From: Candidatus Omnitrophota bacterium
GTDB taxonomy: Bacteria; Omnitrophota; Gorgyraeia; Zapsychrales; JBAZNR01
Direction of reading: 5' to 3'
DNA length: 64,000 bases
Assembly (NCBI GenBank): GCA_041649175.1
Contig: JBAZNR010000001.1
Location: forward strand, 588,956 to 652,955
This document shows positions 27,309 through 38,035 of the stretch, piece after piece (position 1 is the first letter of the stretch; each line of letters opens with the position of its first letter). The position numbers and the translations under genes are program-made. Below the pieces are notes generated by a model. The model was not told the DNA's origin. It searched no databases and worked only from the letters and a program-made list of their open reading frames with translations.

Positions 27309-28141
27309 AAAAACCACTTATTTTCATAAATGGAAAAATGGTTCTGGCAAGCCCGGCTGATTTGCGGGCGTTGACACCGGGCGCTATCAATAAGTATGGC
27401 GTTTTTGAAACGATGCGCGCCTGCCAAGGAAGAATATTTTTTTTCAAAGAACATTGGGATAGGTTTTGTTTTGGTCTAAGGAAATTGAAGATAAAGATTT
27501 CATATTCTCCCAACGAAATAAATACTATTTCTAAGGTTGTTTTAAATGCTAATCATTTAGATGAAGCGCGTTTGCGCTGGGAAATCTGGCGGGAAAAGAA
27601 GATAGTGCGATTCGCCATTGTCGCCTTGCCTTATGCTGAATTGTCAAAGCAAAAATTCCGTCGAGGATTAAAATCCGTCATTGTTCCGGTGCGCATTGAC
27701 CGCGCTCAAGGACAATCACGTGTAAAATCACTTTTTTATACTGCTTATTTCAAAGCGTATAAGCTAGCGAAAGAAAAAAAATGTGATGAAGCGATCTTGC
27801 TGAATCGCCAAGGGTTTCTTGCGGAAGGCAGCCGCAGTAACATATTTGTTATCCGTAAAAATATCCTTTTAACTCCCGCTCTTTCCTGCGGCTGCCTTAA
27901 AGGAATTACGCGTCAGTGTATTTTGAAAATAGCCAAAGAAAAAAGAATAATTTGCCGGGAGAAAAATCTTACGGAGGAGTCATTATTTAACGCTCAGGAA
28001 GCTTTCTTAACCAATTCTCTCTGGGGAATTATACCGATTACTTTTGTTAACGGAAAAATGATCGCAAAAGGAAAGCCGGGAGAAATAACCTCTTTATTAT
28101 CAAAGCGATACAAGCATCTTGCCCAGCAATACCTCGCCTAA
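27305..28141 (+). CDS. pabC: aminodeoxychorismate lyase / class IV (fold-type IV) PLP aminotransferase
   Basis: 4-bp overlap with pabB; fold-type IV length and EGSRSNIF motif. Confidence 0.65.
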   Translation: MKKPLIFINGKMVLASPADLRALTPGAINKYGVFETMRACQGRIFFFKEHWDRFCFGLRKLKIKISYSPNEINTISKVVLNANHLDEARLRWEIWREKKIVRFAIVALPYAELSKQKFRRGLKSVIVPVRIDRAQGQSRVKSLFYTAYFKAYKLAKEKKCDEAILLNRQGFLAEGSRSNIFVIRKNILLTPALSCGCLKGITRQCILKIAKEKRIICREKNLTEESLFNAQEAFLTNSLWGIIPITFVNGKMIAKGKPGEITSLLSKRYKHLAQQYLA

Positions 28142-28196
28142 AATTTTGTGAGTTTCTGTTTGCTCTATTTACTGCCGGAAGCTATAATTAAGAACT

Positions 28197-29558
28197 ATGA
28201 GAGTATATATACTTATAACGTTGGCTTTTGTTTCTTTTGTCCCGGTGGCTTTCCTAAAAGCCGAGGAACCGGCAACAGCCACCGATATACGGGCTGTTGA
28301 ATCCGTGTGGAAAGAAAGCGTTGTCGACCTTAAAGACAGCGTTGATGTCCTACTTCAGAAAAATGATGAACTGACTTCCGGCAATGAAGCCCTACGCAAA
28401 GAAGCTTTGGACACCCAGGATCTCATAAAGGCGGCCAAAGATGAAAATGCCAACCTGGAAAACGAGCCTGGGCGAATAACAAAAGCGATCGATGAAACTG
28501 TTTTAAAGACAAAAGAATTACAAAAAACATTAAAAAATGCTCAATCGGAGCTTTCGGCTTTAGAAAAGAAAAAGACAGACCTTGAAACAGAGTTGTCGAA
28601 TTTGGAAAAAAAGCAAAAACCTTGGGAAGCGCAAGTCGAAGAATTAAAAGCTAAAGCGATCGCGATAGAATTAGATACGCAGTTGCAACGTTCTGCGCTC
28701 GACAAGGAAGCCGCGGAGAAAAAATCTCAGGTTGATAGCTTAAAAGAACAATTAAGCCAAAGCCAGCAAAAGCAAAAAGAACTTGATGAAGCGTTAGCGC
28801 AGGCTCAAAAGCAAGTTTCCCAGGAAAAACCGAAAGCCGCTTCTCGCCCCAATCAGGAATTAAAGGCCCAGCTGGTGAAGGCGCAAGCAGATCTTAAAAA
28901 AACATCTCGGGAAGTTGAGGTCTTGACCCAAAAAAATAGTGAAGCGCAGAAGGCGCAACAAAAAACCGTGGAAAAGATTTCTGCGCAGCAAAGCGATTTG
29001 CAAAAACGTAATCAACAGCTTCAAGAAAAGGTCAACAAGATCAATGAGCAAAGATCTTCCCAGAACGTTCAACCGGCATCAACAGCGTCGCAAGAGGCTG
29101 TGAAATTATTAGAAAGCCTGCAGGCTGAGCGTCAGGATCTACAGATCAAAGTAACCGATCTTGACGGAGCCATCGCTGTTTTAAAGCGGCAAAATGCCAT
29201 GACCGAGGCCTTGCTGGACGCGCAGAAGGAAGTGTATGTTAAAGAAGCGACGGAATCAGCTCTCAAAGATATTCCCCAGAGCAAAGGGGAAGCGGAGGCT
29301 ATGGCCTATGCTTATGCCGCGCAAGGGTTGTATCCTCAGGCCGCTGTTTGTTATGAGCAAGCCTTGAAATTGGGCGCTTCCAAGAAAGATATTCATTTTA
29401 ATTTAGGGTATGTTTACTATCAGATGGGAAATCTTGACGACGCCATCAAAAGTTATCAAAACGCTTTAAAGGTTGACCCCAAAGACGACGAAGCCAAGCG
29501 TAATTTGCTCAAACTACGCAAAGAACTTTCCCAAAAGAAAAGTAAAGCAGCGAAGTAA
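28197..29558 (+). CDS. secreted long coiled-coil protein with C-terminal TPR repeats
   Basis: Signal peptide; about 300 aa of heptad-rich Q/K/E/L sequence; C-terminal TPRs (AYAYAAQGLYPQAAVCYEQALKL...). Confidence 0.55.
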   Translation: MRVYILITLAFVSFVPVAFLKAEEPATATDIRAVESVWKESVVDLKDSVDVLLQKNDELTSGNEALRKEALDTQDLIKAAKDENANLENEPGRITKAIDETVLKTKELQKTLKNAQSELSALEKKKTDLETELSNLEKKQKPWEAQVEELKAKAIAIELDTQLQRSALDKEAAEKKSQVDSLKEQLSQSQQKQKELDEALAQAQKQVSQEKPKAASRPNQELKAQLVKAQADLKKTSREVEVLTQKNSEAQKAQQKTVEKISAQQSDLQKRNQQLQEKVNKINEQRSSQNVQPASTASQEAVKLLESLQAERQDLQIKVTDLDGAIAVLKRQNAMTEALLDAQKEVYVKEATESALKDIPQSKGEAEAMAYAYAAQGLYPQAAVCYEQALKLGASKKDIHFNLGYVYYQMGNLDDAIKSYQNALKVDPKDDEAKRNLLKLRKELSQKKSKAAK

Positions 29559-29612
29559 AATTACTTTTTGCCTTTATTCCCGTCGATTATTATTGAAAAA
29601 AGGAGGATGTTC

Positions 29613-30098
29613 ATGGATGAGATTTTAGAAATATTATCTAAAGATGCGCGTATTAGCCCCGAAGAAATTTCCAAGCTGACCGGAAAATCCGTCGCGGTGA
29701 TTACCAAGGCCATCAAAAAATATGAGCAAGACGGCATCATTGTTAAATATAAAACTCTGATCAATCAAGAACTGTTGCAAGAAAATCGTCCTTTAGTGCG
29801 AGCTTTAATTGAAGTCAGCATTACACCGCAAAAAGATGTCGGGTTTGATTATCTGGCGGAGAGGATCTATAGTTTTCCGGAAGTGGTCAGTTGTTATCTG
29901 GTGTCGGGGGCGTATGATCTTTTGGTGGTGGTGGAAGGGGATAATATTCAAACTGTCGCCAATTTTGTGGCTTCCAAACTTTCGCCGATGGAAAATGTTC
30001 GCAAGACAACAACACATTTCTTGTTAAAAAAATACAAAGAAGACGGACAAGTCTTAAAAAAGAGCCAACAGCGTAAGAGGCTCAACATTTCTTACTAA
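29613..30098 (+). CDS. Lrp/AsnC-family transcriptional regulator
   Basis: N-terminal HTH (LSKDARISPEEISKLTGKSVAVITKAIKK) plus a C-terminal RAM domain. GGAGG RBS. Confidence 0.8.
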   Translation: MDEILEILSKDARISPEEISKLTGKSVAVITKAIKKYEQDGIIVKYKTLINQELLQENRPLVRALIEVSITPQKDVGFDYLAERIYSFPEVVSCYLVSGAYDLLVVVEGDNIQTVANFVASKLSPMENVRKTTTHFLLKKYKEDGQVLKKSQQRKRLNISY

Positions 30099-30118
30099 GA
30101 CTGTTGCAGTGAAATAAA

Positions 30119-31276
30119 ATGAAAAATATCGTGATCTCAAAAAAAGTAGAGCAAATGGCGCCTTCGGGGATCCGTGCGTTCTTTGATCTGGTGTTAGGGA
30201 TGAAAGACGTGATCTCGCTAGGTGTGGGCGAACCGGATTTTGTCACACCGTGGCATATTCGGGAAAAGGCTATTTATTCCTTGGAAAAAGGATATACGTC
30301 CTACACGTCCAATAAGGGGATGATCGAAGTCCGCAAGGAACTTGAACGTTTCTTACAAAAACGTTATGGGCTTAGCTATGACCCGGAAGAACAAATTCTT
30401 CTGACCGTCGGAGTGAGTGAAGGCATTGACGTCGCTATGCGCACTATTTTAAATCCGGGTGACAAAGTTCTCATTCATCAACCGTGCTTTGTTTCTTACG
30501 GGCCGATGGTGGATTTAGCGGGCGGCATTCCGGTTTTTCTGGATACAGAGAGCAAGAACGGATTTAAATTAACGCCTCAGCAAATTGACAGAGCTTGCGA
30601 CAGAAAAGTCAAAGCCCTGATGATCAATTATCCGTGTAATCCGACGGGAGCGTCATACACAAAGAAAGAACTTCAAGAAATTTGTCGCGTTGTGATCAAG
30701 CGAAATCTTCTCGTCATCAGCGATGAAGTTTATGATGAGTTGACGTATGATTTTGACCACACGCCTTTAGCATCTTTACCGGGCATGAAAGAGAGAGTTA
30801 TCTATCTTAACGGATTTTCTAAAGCTTATGCCATGACAGGTTTTCGTTTGGGATGGGTTTGCGGGCCGTCTAAGATCATTGCCGGGATGACCAAGGTGCA
30901 TCAGTATACGATCATGTGCGTCCCTATTACCAGTCAGATGGCTGCTCTAGAGGCGCTTCGAAGCGGATTTAAAGATGTTGCCGACATGAAAAAAGAATAT
31001 ATGCGCCGGCGCCGTTTTGTGGTGGAGAGCTTAAACGAAATGGGATTGACATGCCTTAATCCGCAAGGAGCATTTTATGTTTTACCGTCGATAAAAATAA
31101 CAAAACAAAATTCTTTGGATTTTGCCAAGAATCTTTTAAGCCGGAAAAAAGTTGCTGTTGTTCCCGGAGTGGCTTTTGGCCGATCGGGAGAAGGTTACGT
31201 GCGCATGTCTTATGCGTCCAGTTATGAAAATCTAAAAGAAGCGATGGCGCGTTTACGCAGTTACATCGGCTCTTAA
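30119..31276 (+). CDS. class I/II pyridoxal-phosphate-dependent aminotransferase (aspartate/alanine aminotransferase-like)
   Basis: NPTGA and the SKAYAMTGFRLGW PLP-lysine region. Confidence 0.85.
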   Translation: MKNIVISKKVEQMAPSGIRAFFDLVLGMKDVISLGVGEPDFVTPWHIREKAIYSLEKGYTSYTSNKGMIEVRKELERFLQKRYGLSYDPEEQILLTVGVSEGIDVAMRTILNPGDKVLIHQPCFVSYGPMVDLAGGIPVFLDTESKNGFKLTPQQIDRACDRKVKALMINYPCNPTGASYTKKELQEICRVVIKRNLLVISDEVYDELTYDFDHTPLASLPGMKERVIYLNGFSKAYAMTGFRLGWVCGPSKIIAGMTKVHQYTIMCVPITSQMAALEALRSGFKDVADMKKEYMRRRRFVVESLNEMGLTCLNPQGAFYVLPSIKITKQNSLDFAKNLLSRKKVAVVPGVAFGRSGEGYVRMSYASSYENLKEAMARLRSYIGS

Positions 31277-31299
31277 AATATTTTTTATCCGAGAAATTT

Positions 31300-31698
31300 A
31301 TGAAAAAAGAATTCAAAAAACAAGATAATCTTGATTTTGAGATCGCCTTTTATGAGGGCATCTTAAAATATAGTCCTAATTTTACCGAGGCCCTGATCGC
31401 CTTAGGCGATCACTATACAAAACGAGGACTCTATGAAAAAGGTTTGAATGTTGACGAGCGTTTAGCCAAGTTAAAGCCTGAAGACCCGCTGGTTTTTTAT
31501 AATTTAGCCTGCAGCTATTCGCTTTTGGGAGATATTGATAAATCGCTGCAATCAATCGAGCAGGCGGTGAAGCGTGGGTATAAAGATTTCTCTTATTTGG
31601 AACATGATGCGGATTTGATCAAGCTGCGCGCGGATGATCGTTTTCAACAATTTCTGTCAAAAATCAAAGGTAAGGCGGATTCTTTAAAAACTTCCTAA
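31300..31698 (+). CDS. TPR-repeat protein
   Basis: Three TPR-like units (ALIALGDHY..., VFYNLACSYSLLGD...). Confidence 0.55.
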   Translation: MKKEFKKQDNLDFEIAFYEGILKYSPNFTEALIALGDHYTKRGLYEKGLNVDERLAKLKPEDPLVFYNLACSYSLLGDIDKSLQSIEQAVKRGYKDFSYLEHDADLIKLRADDRFQQFLSKIKGKADSLKTS

Positions 31699-31703
31699 CA
31701 ATT

Positions 31704-32813
31704 ATGGACGGCCATCCGGCATCAAAAGCATATCAGCAGGCAAGGAAGATCATTTTTATTATTGGCTTTTTAGCCAATATTATTATCTTCCTTGCCTTTT
31801 TTTTAAGCGGGCTTTCGGTGGCATTACGAGATATTGCTTATGGTTTTTCTCAGAACTTTTTTATTGTTAACGCGATCTATATGTGTGCTTTAAGCCTGGG
31901 GCTTTTGCTCGTTCATTTTCCTTTGGACTTTTTAGGCGAATTTATCCTGGAACACCGCTTCCAATTGTCTAATCAGAAATTCCATGAATGGCTTTGGGAT
32001 CTTACTAAAAGATTCTTTCTGCAACTTATGTTAACGCTTTTGATCGTCGAGGTTGGTTATATTCTTCTTGATCGTTTTCCTCGAACCTGGTGGGTCTGGG
32101 CAGGGGCATTCTGGTTATTTTTGACATTAATCTTAGCCAAAATAACGCCAAACGTGCTCATTCCGATCTTTTATAAATATTCAAAGATCGGCAATGAAGA
32201 ATTAAGGGCAAGAATTTTAGGGCTTTTTGAAAAAGCAAAGATCCCCGTTCAAAATGCTTACATGGTGGATTTTTCTAAGAAAACGAAAAAAGCCAATGCC
32301 TTTATTTGCGGTTTGGGAAAAGGGCGGCGTGTTGTTCTAAGCGATACGCTCGTTAGTGATTTTTCTATTCCCGAGATCGAGGCTGTTGTCGCTCATGAGA
32401 TCGGACATTATAAACATCATGACATTCTTAAGCTTACCATTTTCCATACATTAACAACGCTGCTTGGATTTTTTATCATGAATCGGTTGTGGGAAGTTTT
32501 TGCGGCGCATTCACCCGCTATCCATATTGCGGATATTGCTTTTTTTCCTGTCTTGGCTGTGGCCTTTTCGATGTTTAGCTTCTTGATGATGCCGCTTTCA
32601 AACAGTTTCAGCCGTTATCTGGAGGTGAAAGCGGACTTGTTTAGTTTAAAGGCGACATTAGCGCCGCAACATTTTATCTCTATGATGAAAAAACTTGGGG
32701 TCAAAAATCTATCCGAATTTAATCCGGGATTATTGACTGAAATATTTCTTTATGATCATCCGCCGATCTCTAAACGAATTGATCTGGCGCAGAATTACCA
32801 GCTAAGCCTATGA
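31704..32813 (+). CDS. M48-family (Ste24/HtpX-like) integral membrane zinc metallopeptidase
   Basis: HEIGHYKHHD HExxH motif after multiple N-terminal TM helices. Confidence 0.8.
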   Translation: MDGHPASKAYQQARKIIFIIGFLANIIIFLAFFLSGLSVALRDIAYGFSQNFFIVNAIYMCALSLGLLLVHFPLDFLGEFILEHRFQLSNQKFHEWLWDLTKRFFLQLMLTLLIVEVGYILLDRFPRTWWVWAGAFWLFLTLILAKITPNVLIPIFYKYSKIGNEELRARILGLFEKAKIPVQNAYMVDFSKKTKKANAFICGLGKGRRVVLSDTLVSDFSIPEIEAVVAHEIGHYKHHDILKLTIFHTLTTLLGFFIMNRLWEVFAAHSPAIHIADIAFFPVLAVAFSMFSFLMMPLSNSFSRYLEVKADLFSLKATLAPQHFISMMKKLGVKNLSEFNPGLLTEIFLYDHPPISKRIDLAQNYQLSL

Positions 32814-34846
32814 AGAGCTCCGGCCAAAATAAATCCGATCAAAGTGTTTCCGAAAAACGCCAATATCTTCGTTTAGAAAGTGTCTTTCCGGTAGAATTTT
32901 CTTTTGCGCGTTCCGCCCAAGCTACTCAAACCCTTGATTGGCATCAGGGCTTTACATCCAACATCAGCAAAGGCGGTATTTGTTTAAGCGTCCACATTGC
33001 TTCCGAAGATATCAAGAAACTTTTAGACACGCGGGGGATGCCTCTCCAACTGAGAATCGGAATTCCGTTGGGCGCTCGTTCCATTAAAGCCTCGGCGGAT
33101 ATTATGTGGAGCGAGCATCTTAAAGAGGTGGCGCCCGAACGTTACCTGGTGGGTTTGAAATTTACAAATATCGACGGAAAAGATTTAAACCGGATGCTTT
33201 TTCATGCCCAATGGATACACTTTCGCCTTAAGGCAGCCGTAGGAATAGCGCTCTTCTTTGTCTTAGCTTTCGCAGCCAGCGCTTTATATAATTTTAGCCT
33301 TCGTGAAGCCAATAAAAAGCTGATCAATACTTTGGTGACGACACAACAACAAGAAACAATGGCAACGTACAGCCTTAAAGGTATTGCCTACGAGAAAGAA
33401 GCCTTAGCCAGACAATTGGAGGAATACGCCGGCCGAATGAAGGATCTGGAAGCACAATTACTTGTTGCCCAAGAAGCTATTTCCGCAAAGTCTCAAACGG
33501 AAGTTGAGCTCAACGGCCAGCTTCAGGCTTCAACCGAAAAAGTAGATGGCTTAAAGAAACAAATTGCTGATCTTATTCGAAGAAAATCTCCTTTAGAAAA
33601 TGAATACGCGGCTCTTTTGAAAAAAGAGAATATGATGGCGGATGAATTCGCGCTTTTAGAGCATAAGAAGGAAGGATTGCAAAAAACGGTTGTCCAGAAA
33701 ATGTACCGGTGGATCAAAAACCATCAAAGTTCTGCGACGGGGCTGGTTTTAAGCTTCGAAGGTGATGTCGGGATCATTGAACATTGGGCGTTTAGTTATG
33801 ACCAGGCCTTGGCGGTTAATGCCTTTTTGTTGTTTGGCGACATAGAATCCGCACGCAAGATCCTTAATTTCTTTGTCCGGAAACTAAACGATGATTTTGA
33901 TGGTTTTGTAAATGGGTACTATTTTGATTCCGGACAGATCTCGGAATATACTGTTCACGTGGGTCCGAACACATGGCTTGGTATCGCGGCTCTTCAGTAT
34001 ATTGAAAAAACAAAAGATACAGAATATTTAACTTTGGCAAAGAAAATAGGAGATTGGCTGATCTCTATTCAAGAGCAAGATCCGGCGGGGGGACTGCGCG
34101 GCGGCCCGCAATTCTCTTGGTTCTCCACGGAACATAATTTAGACGCCTACGCTTTCTTTGGCATGCTTTATCAGCACACGAAGGAAGAAAAATACGCATT
34201 AGCGCAAAGAAAAGTTTTTGATTGGCTTAAAACTTACGCGTTAATACCGCATAGCCCCGATTATCGCAGGCCGCCCGTGAAACGCGGCCGCGGTGATTCG
34301 ACCATCGCCACCGATACCTTTGCCTGGGCTTTGGCGGCGATAGGCCCCGAGCGGCTTATAGCTGCGGGAATGGATCCGGAAGAAATTATGCGATTTGCCG
34401 AGGAGCATTGCGCGGTTTCCGTTGATTTTAAACGTCCCAGCGGCATGAATGTCACTTTAAACGGATTTGATTTTGCCAAGAAGACTCATATGCCGCGAGG
34501 AGGCATGGTTTCTCCCGAATGGACATCGCAGATGATCGTTTCCTATCAGATCTTAGGAGATTTTTTCACGCAAAAAGACAATACGGTCAAAGCCAATTAT
34601 TACAAAGAAAAAGCCAAGATGTACCTTAATGAACTTAATAAAATTATTATTGCCAGTCCTTCGTTGACGGGCCAGGGAGAAGGGTGTCTTCCTTACGCGA
34701 CACTGGAAGATGCCGATACGGGCCATGGGTGGAGAACGCCGCACGGAACCACAACCGGTTCTATCGCGGGAACAGCCTATATGATCATGGCCATCCAAGG
34801 CTTTAATCCGCTATCTTTATCGCAGTATGATATTGTTTCTGAATAA
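32810..34846 (+). CDS. PilZ domain - TM - coiled coil - (alpha/alpha)6-barrel glycoside-hydrolase-like domain protein
   Basis: N-terminal KRQYLRLESVFPVEF...NISKGGICLS (PilZ RxxxR/D.S.GG); hydrophobic segment; coiled coil. The C-terminal region has W/Y-rich blocks (IEHWAFSYDQALAVNAFLLFGD, GPNTWLGIAALQYIE) reminiscent of GH15/GH63-type barrels. Confidence 0.5.
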   Translation: MKSSGQNKSDQSVSEKRQYLRLESVFPVEFSFARSAQATQTLDWHQGFTSNISKGGICLSVHIASEDIKKLLDTRGMPLQLRIGIPLGARSIKASADIMWSEHLKEVAPERYLVGLKFTNIDGKDLNRMLFHAQWIHFRLKAAVGIALFFVLAFAASALYNFSLREANKKLINTLVTTQQQETMATYSLKGIAYEKEALARQLEEYAGRMKDLEAQLLVAQEAISAKSQTEVELNGQLQASTEKVDGLKKQIADLIRRKSPLENEYAALLKKENMMADEFALLEHKKEGLQKTVVQKMYRWIKNHQSSATGLVLSFEGDVGIIEHWAFSYDQALAVNAFLLFGDIESARKILNFFVRKLNDDFDGFVNGYYFDSGQISEYTVHVGPNTWLGIAALQYIEKTKDTEYLTLAKKIGDWLISIQEQDPAGGLRGGPQFSWFSTEHNLDAYAFFGMLYQHTKEEKYALAQRKVFDWLKTYALIPHSPDYRRPPVKRGRGDSTIATDTFAWALAAIGPERLIAAGMDPEEIMRFAEEHCAVSVDFKRPSGMNVTLNGFDFAKKTHMPRGGMVSPEWTSQMIVSYQILGDFFTQKDNTVKANYYKEKAKMYLNELNKIIIASPSLTGQGEGCLPYATLEDADTGHGWRTPHGTTTGSIAGTAYMIMAIQGFNPLSLSQYDIVSE

Positions 34847-34898
34847 AATTTTATACAAGATCTTTTTCAGAAACTGCCAGGAAACGCCTATCATTTAA

Positions 34899-36635
34899 AT
34901 GCTATTCCATAAAAAATCTATACTGATCCTCGTTTTTATCGGGCTTATCACGTACGCAAATTCGGTTTTTAATGGTTTTGTTGGTGACGACCACATTGTT
35001 ATTGTAGATAATCCTTTTTATTCGTCCTGGGATAATATTCCTCGCCTGGTCCAGAAAAGTTACATTTCTACATCTCACTCTACGGATTTCAATAGGAAAG
35101 ACTGGGGATCTGGTTCAGTTTCTTACCGCCCGGTTCTCTCGGCGACCTATTTTCTTGATCGTGCTTTTTGGAAACTAAATCCTTTCGGTTATCATCTCCA
35201 TAATCTTGTCCTTCACTTAGCAAATTCTCTCTTGGTCTATGCGCTAATTATGATCATGATCCAGTTACGCGGTGTTGCGTTTTTAACAGCAAGTTTGTTT
35301 TGTGTGCACCCCATCCATTCTGAAGCTGTTTGCAATATCGGTTACCGAGCTGATTTGTTGTCATTATTTTTTGTTCTTCTGTCTTTTTTACTATTTACTA
35401 GATACCCAACTTGCGATGGAAATAAGAGAAAGCTATTTTATGGATTATCTTTGGCAGCCTTTTTCTTATCTTTATTTGCGAAAGAATCAGCGATCACGTT
35501 GCCAATAATCTTTTTGTCATATGATTATTATTTTCGCCGAGGTCTTTTAAAGACACAAAAGTGGTTTTATATAGGATACCTACTGGTCGCCATTTTCTAT
35601 TTATATGTCTACTTTTTGGTCTTTCCGAATAGTGCCTTGAATTCTCCTTTGATACCTGACCAAGGTATCTTTGTAAATCTTTCTGTCATTCTCATGTCTT
35701 GGGCCGGGTATGTTTACGCGATATTCAATCCTTTCGTGATTACATCGCTGCCGCCATTTTATATGCCGTTTCTTAATTTCTTGGTTATGGGTCCTTCCAT
35801 TTTATTTTATAGCCTGATGATTCTTTTTATTTCATTTATTAGTCTTATCGTAAAATACTTCTACAAAAACAAGTTTACTTCTTTCTTTATGCTGTGGTTC
35901 ATCGTCTTTTTTATCCCTATTTCGAATGTCATTCCTTTAACAAATCCTTTTGCGCATCGCTTTGTGTATTTACCGTCCATCGGGATCTTTGCTGCTTTGG
36001 CTTTTGGCTTTTGGCAAGTGTATTCAAAATATTTTAAGGAATCGTTTAAGATAATACTTAATACGTTTATTATCGGCTTGTGCATGGCCTTAACGCTATC
36101 GGTCAATAGTTTATGGCATAGTAATTACACGATCGCATCGGGCTGGGTTAAAAATTTTCCTGATCATCCGGCAGGATATTTTATTCTCGGCTTAGAACAT
36201 CTTAAAGTAGATAAATTTTCTGACGCTGCGAAATCTTTTAAAACGTGCCTGAAGCTTAAGGAAAAAAATCCGCAAGCCTATCATTCTTTAGGCCTTGCAT
36301 ATAGAGCGCCTTACTTTCTGGGGCTCTGTAACCGAGATGATTTTCAAGAAACAGTTAATTATTTTAAAGAAGCCATTAATGCCAATCCGTTTTTTACTGC
36401 AGCGTATGTTCATTTAAGCCAGCAATATATGACAGCGGGTAAATCTGATCAGGCAATTTTCTATTTAAAAAAAGGTATACAAATAATGCCAAATAATTTA
36501 ACCTTATATGAACGCCTTATACAGATTTATTCAAGTTTAAACCGCGCCCAAGAAGCACAACTAGTTTTGAATGCAGCGCAAAATTCAATTCAGAATATTG
36601 ATGCGTTAAGATATTTAAAGGCGATGATTAAGTAA
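34899..36635 (+). CDS. TMTC-like protein: GT-C-type polytopic membrane domain fused to C-terminal TPR repeats
   Basis: About 11 TM helices (aa 1-400) followed by TPR units (AYHSLGLAY..., [14 protein letters not shown]...). Confidence 0.55.
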   Translation: MLFHKKSILILVFIGLITYANSVFNGFVGDDHIVIVDNPFYSSWDNIPRLVQKSYISTSHSTDFNRKDWGSGSVSYRPVLSATYFLDRAFWKLNPFGYHLHNLVLHLANSLLVYALIMIMIQLRGVAFLTASLFCVHPIHSEAVCNIGYRADLLSLFFVLLSFLLFTRYPTCDGNKRKLFYGLSLAAFFLSLFAKESAITLPIIFLSYDYYFRRGLLKTQKWFYIGYLLVAIFYLYVYFLVFPNSALNSPLIPDQGIFVNLSVILMSWAGYVYAIFNPFVITSLPPFYMPFLNFLVMGPSILFYSLMILFISFISLIVKYFYKNKFTSFFMLWFIVFFIPISNVIPLTNPFAHRFVYLPSIGIFAALAFGFWQVYSKYFKESFKIILNTFIIGLCMALTLSVNSLWHSNYTIASGWVKNFPDHPAGYFILGLEHLKVDKFSDAAKSFKTCLKLKEKNPQAYHSLGLAYRAPYFLGLCNRDDFQETVNYFKEAINANPFFTAAYVHLSQQYMTAGKSDQAIFYLKKGIQIMPNNLTLYERLIQIYSSLNRAQEAQLVLNAAQNSIQNIDALRYLKAMIK

Positions 36636-36648
36636 ACCAAGTTATCTT

Positions 36649-37086
36649 GTGGAAAGAGTAAAATCAATGAAATCTTATAGGGAAGAAATTTGGTTCAATA
36701 CAAAAAATCGACGAGATTATATTAATATCAGCGATAATGTCCAAGAACTTATTGATAAAAGTGGTATTAAAGATGGCCTTTGTTTAGTGAATGCTATGCA
36801 TATCACAGCGAGTGTTTTTATCAATGATGATGAGAACGGCCTTATCAAAGATTATGATGATTGGCTGGAAAAACTCGCTCCCCATGAACCGGTATCTTTT
36901 TACCGCCATAATGACACGGGAGAAGATAATGCTGACGCGCATTTAAAACGTCAGGTCATGGGTCGCGAAGTGGTAGTGGCGGTGACAAATGGCAAGCTTG
37001 ACTTTGGGCCGTGGGAACAAATTTTCTACGGAGAATTCGACGGGCGCCGGCGCAAAAGAGTTTTGGTAAAAATTATCGGCGAATAA
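36649..37086 (+). CDS. YjbQ/UPF0047 family (secondary thiamine-phosphate synthase-like) protein
   Basis: HITASV... and C-terminal [24 protein letters not shown] conserved block. Start may be the internal Met at 36667. Confidence 0.65.
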   Translation: MERVKSMKSYREEIWFNTKNRRDYINISDNVQELIDKSGIKDGLCLVNAMHITASVFINDDENGLIKDYDDWLEKLAPHEPVSFYRHNDTGEDNADAHLKRQVMGREVVVAVTNGKLDFGPWEQIFYGEFDGRRRKRVLVKIIGE

Positions 37087-37100
37087 CAAAAGGATAAAAA

Positions 37101-38003
37101 ATGAGTTTAGTTGTTGTGGGAACAGTGGCGTTAGATTCCATTAAAACACCGGCCGGTGCGAAGAAAAATGTTTTAGGCGGCTCGGCGGTGCATTTTTGCA
37201 TGTCCGCGCGTTTATTTACCAAGGTGCATTTAGTCGCCGTGGTGGGGAAAGATTTTCCTCAGAAACATTTTCAATTTCTTAAAAAAAGAGGCATTGACTT
37301 AACGTCGCTTAGCCGTGTTTCCGGAGAAACATTTCGTTGGGATGGGGAATATAAAAAAGAGGACTTGAACGCGGCTTTGACGCACGCGACGCATCTGGGT
37401 GTTTTGGAGAACTTTATTCCGGAGATTTCTTTACAGCAAAAGAATATTCCGAACGTATTTTTAGCGAATATTGATCCCGATGTTCAGATAAGCCTGCTTA
37501 ACCTTATGAAAAAACCACGCATGGTAGGGCTAGACAGCATGAATCTTTGGATCAAGATCAAGAGGCCTTCACTTTTACGGTTGATGAAAAGGGTGGATCT
37601 TTTTGTCGCCAATGATGGTGAGGCAAGAATGCTGACCGGAGAACAGAATATTATTAAAGCTGCTAAATTCCTTAGAAAGATCGGCCCCCGCTGGATCGTC
37701 ATCAAAAAAGGCGAGCACGGCGTCTTATTCTATAGTGACCGGTTCAGCTTCTCTTTTCCGGCTTTTCCGGTTGAAGAAGTGGTAGACCCTACCGGTGCCG
37801 GGGATACTTTTGCCGGTGGCCTCATGGGATGTTTAAGTTGTGCAAAAACGATAAATCGTGATACATTTAGAAAGGCTGTTTTGTACGCGACAACGGCCGC
37901 TTCCTTTAATGTCCAGGGTTTTGGCCCGGATCAAACAGAAAACCTTACTTTAGCAAGAATGAATCAACGCCTTAAAAAATTAAGAGAGTTTATTGCTCCC
38001 TGA
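37101..38003 (+). CDS. PfkB-family carbohydrate kinase
   Basis: DPTGAGDTFAGG ribokinase-family ATP-site motif. Confidence 0.8.
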   Translation: MSLVVVGTVALDSIKTPAGAKKNVLGGSAVHFCMSARLFTKVHLVAVVGKDFPQKHFQFLKKRGIDLTSLSRVSGETFRWDGEYKKEDLNAALTHATHLGVLENFIPEISLQQKNIPNVFLANIDPDVQISLLNLMKKPRMVGLDSMNLWIKIKRPSLLRLMKRVDLFVANDGEARMLTGEQNIIKAAKFLRKIGPRWIVIKKGEHGVLFYSDRFSFSFPAFPVEEVVDPTGAGDTFAGGLMGCLSCAKTINRDTFRKAVLYATTAASFNVQGFGPDQTENLTLARMNQRLKKLREFIAP

Positions 38004-38035
38004 TCATCAACGATCGACAACCGAAGGGCCTATGA

